Shown in pieces: positions 62,704-64,000 of a stretch of DNA of 64,000 bases. The number at the start of each line of letters is the position of its first letter. Within the stretch, counting starts at the first letter, position 1. The notes under the pieces are model-generated. The model did not search any database. It saw only the letters and a program-made list of their open reading frames with translations, and was not told where the DNA came from. The DNA lies in assembly GCA_963777505.1 (NCBI GenBank), contig CAVZQN010000008.1, forward strand, positions 288,001-352,000. The letters run 5' to 3'. This DNA is from an uncultured bacterium (lineage in GTDB: Bacteria; Acidobacteriota; HRBIN11; JAKEFK01). The translations under genes were made by a program, and so were the position numbers.

Positions 62704-64000
62704 TATTTATTTCGTTATTGCTGTTGCGGTTGCGTCAGCATCCCTTTTTCAGATAGCGGATCTTGATTTCTTCTGGCATCTGAAAACAGGCGACGTCATT
62801 CTTGAACGCCAGGAATTTCAAAGAACTGAGATCTATAGTTTTACCGCAGCGGGACGTGAATACATCGATCATGAATGGCTTTTTCAAGTAGTTCTTTCGC
62901 TGCTGTACTCCGCATTCGGCCCTGCCGGAGTCATCATTTTCAAAAGCATGATCATCGCATTGATGTATTTGCTTACGACAAGACATTTACTGAAAGAAGG
63001 CGCTTCCCCACTCGCCGTAGTATCGATTCAATTTCTTTCACTTTGTGGCGGCTTGCAGCGCATGATTGAAAGACCTGAAATATTCACAGCATTATTTTTT
63101 GTGATCACATTCCTGGTTCTTCATTCATTTCTCAAAAGCTGTAGCTGGTTTATTTTGTTGATTCTTCCTCCCTTGTTTGCGATATGGGCAAATTTTCATG
63201 CCGCCGTAATTCTTGGAATTGTACTTTTAGGTTGCTTCTTCGGAGGATTGCTGCTTGATTCCTTCATGAGACGTTCTGGATTGCCTGGATATTACGATGC
63301 AACTCCACGGAAACTAGGAATATTGCTGGGCATATTGATAATTTGTGTTGTTGCCACTGGCTTGAATCCTTATGGTTATCGAGTGCTGACAGTTCCTTTT
63401 GAACTAACATCCATTATCGATTCAGGAATTTTGAACAATGAAGAATGGCAGCCGCCATCACCGTTTACTTTGCCTTTCTATTACATTTGCGTCTTAGTTT
63501 CATTCGCAGTGATGCTGCTGAACTTCAGACGGTTGAGCCCAGTCCATTTTCTGCTAACAATTTTCTTTGCTTATGTTTCAATGAAATATGTCAGAAACAC
63601 GGGACTATTCTGCTGGTTTATGCCCTTGTTTCTGTCTCCGTATGCAGCTCAGATCAACGAACAGAAAATCGCTGTACGTGCAGCTGCAGTTTTTTCAGTA
63701 CTCTCACTTCTTTATTTAACAACAGCAGCTTTTCCATTCCAACGCGGCTTGGGAGTTGCATCTTATTTTCCAGAACGGATCGCAAAGTTTACAGAAGAAA
63801 AAAATCTTCAAGGCAATCTGCTAAACAGCTATTCGATGGGAGGCTATTTAATCTGGTCTCTTTATCCGGAACGAAAAATCTTTATCGATGGGCGAAATGA
63901 AGTCTACCTTCCACTGTTAAAACAAATTGTTCAGTCCCGAGCTGATAGCCGGCTTTGGAATAAGCTGCTTGCAGATTACAAAATCGAGTATGCTCTCTTG
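62678..64000 (+). CDS. Polytopic membrane protein, GT-C-like, 3'-truncated by the window edge (absent from the ORF track)
   Basis: Own translation from ATG 62678: DLDFFWHLKTG, DHEWLFQ, RPEIFT, WANFH, LNPYG, EEWQPP, GGYLIW...FIDGRNEVY. Confidence 0.75.
   Translation, partial: MQSNYRNLSIYFVIAVAVASASLFQIADLDFFWHLKTGDVILERQEFQRTEIYSFTAAGREYIDHEWLFQVVLSLLYSAFGPAGVIIFKSMIIALMYLLTTRHLLKEGASPLAVVSIQFLSLCGGLQRMIERPEIFTALFFVITFLVLHSFLKSCSWFILLILPPLFAIWANFHAAVILGIVLLGCFFGGLLLDSFMRRSGLPGYYDATPRKLGILLGILIICVVATGLNPYGYRVLTVPFELTSIIDSGILNNEEWQPPSPFTLPFYYICVLVSFAVMLLNFRRLSPVHFLLTIFFAYVSMKYVRNTGLFCWFMPLFLSPYAAQINEQKIAVRAAAVFSVLSLLYLTTAAFPFQRGLGVASYFPERIAKFTEEKNLQGNLLNSYSMGGYLIWSLYPERKIFIDGRNEVYLPLLKQIVQSRADSRLWNKLLADYKIEYALL

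Noticed and set aside
63445-63900. 151-aa ORF in the track
   Set aside because: Out-of-frame overlap with the real CDS running from 62678 off the window edge.

Overview
Bacterial chromosomal segment with dense, mostly housekeeping and cell-envelope genes. No CRISPR array, prophage, transposase, rRNA or tRNA was seen. Gene order (rplM-rpsI-rpsB-tsf-pyrH-frr; ssrA-amidase-GerMN-rph-rdgB; three-subunit sdhCAB) is compatible with an uncultured Acidobacteriota-like organism, but that is a low-confidence inference. Contents: a translation cluster, a Cu(I) P-type ATPase, sdhCAB, a PQQ sugar dehydrogenase-DUF1800-DUF1501 trio, a deoxyhypusine-synthase-like gene, a sigma54-driven exported repeat protein, an unusual nuoE-JKLMN operon, pgpA-cinA-thpR, plsY-gpsA, an ECF module lacking a T subunit, tmRNA, a GAF-GAF-GGEEF cyclase, panBC, and a large set of polytopic GT-C-like glycosyltransferases with WecA, a UDP-pyranose-mutase-like flavoprotein and a GT2-methyltransferase. 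Four genes (copA, nuoL, the cyclase, the YfhO-like gene) carry single-base frameshifts, probably long-read errors. Most notable: the GT-C-rich envelope glycosylation system; an amidase whose only plausible ATG lies inside the tmRNA 3' end; recurring G-loop hairpins around the dehydrogenase/DUF1800/DUF1501 genes; a probable CTG start; and several structured intergenic elements. All family assignments are by eye from motifs, not from database searches.
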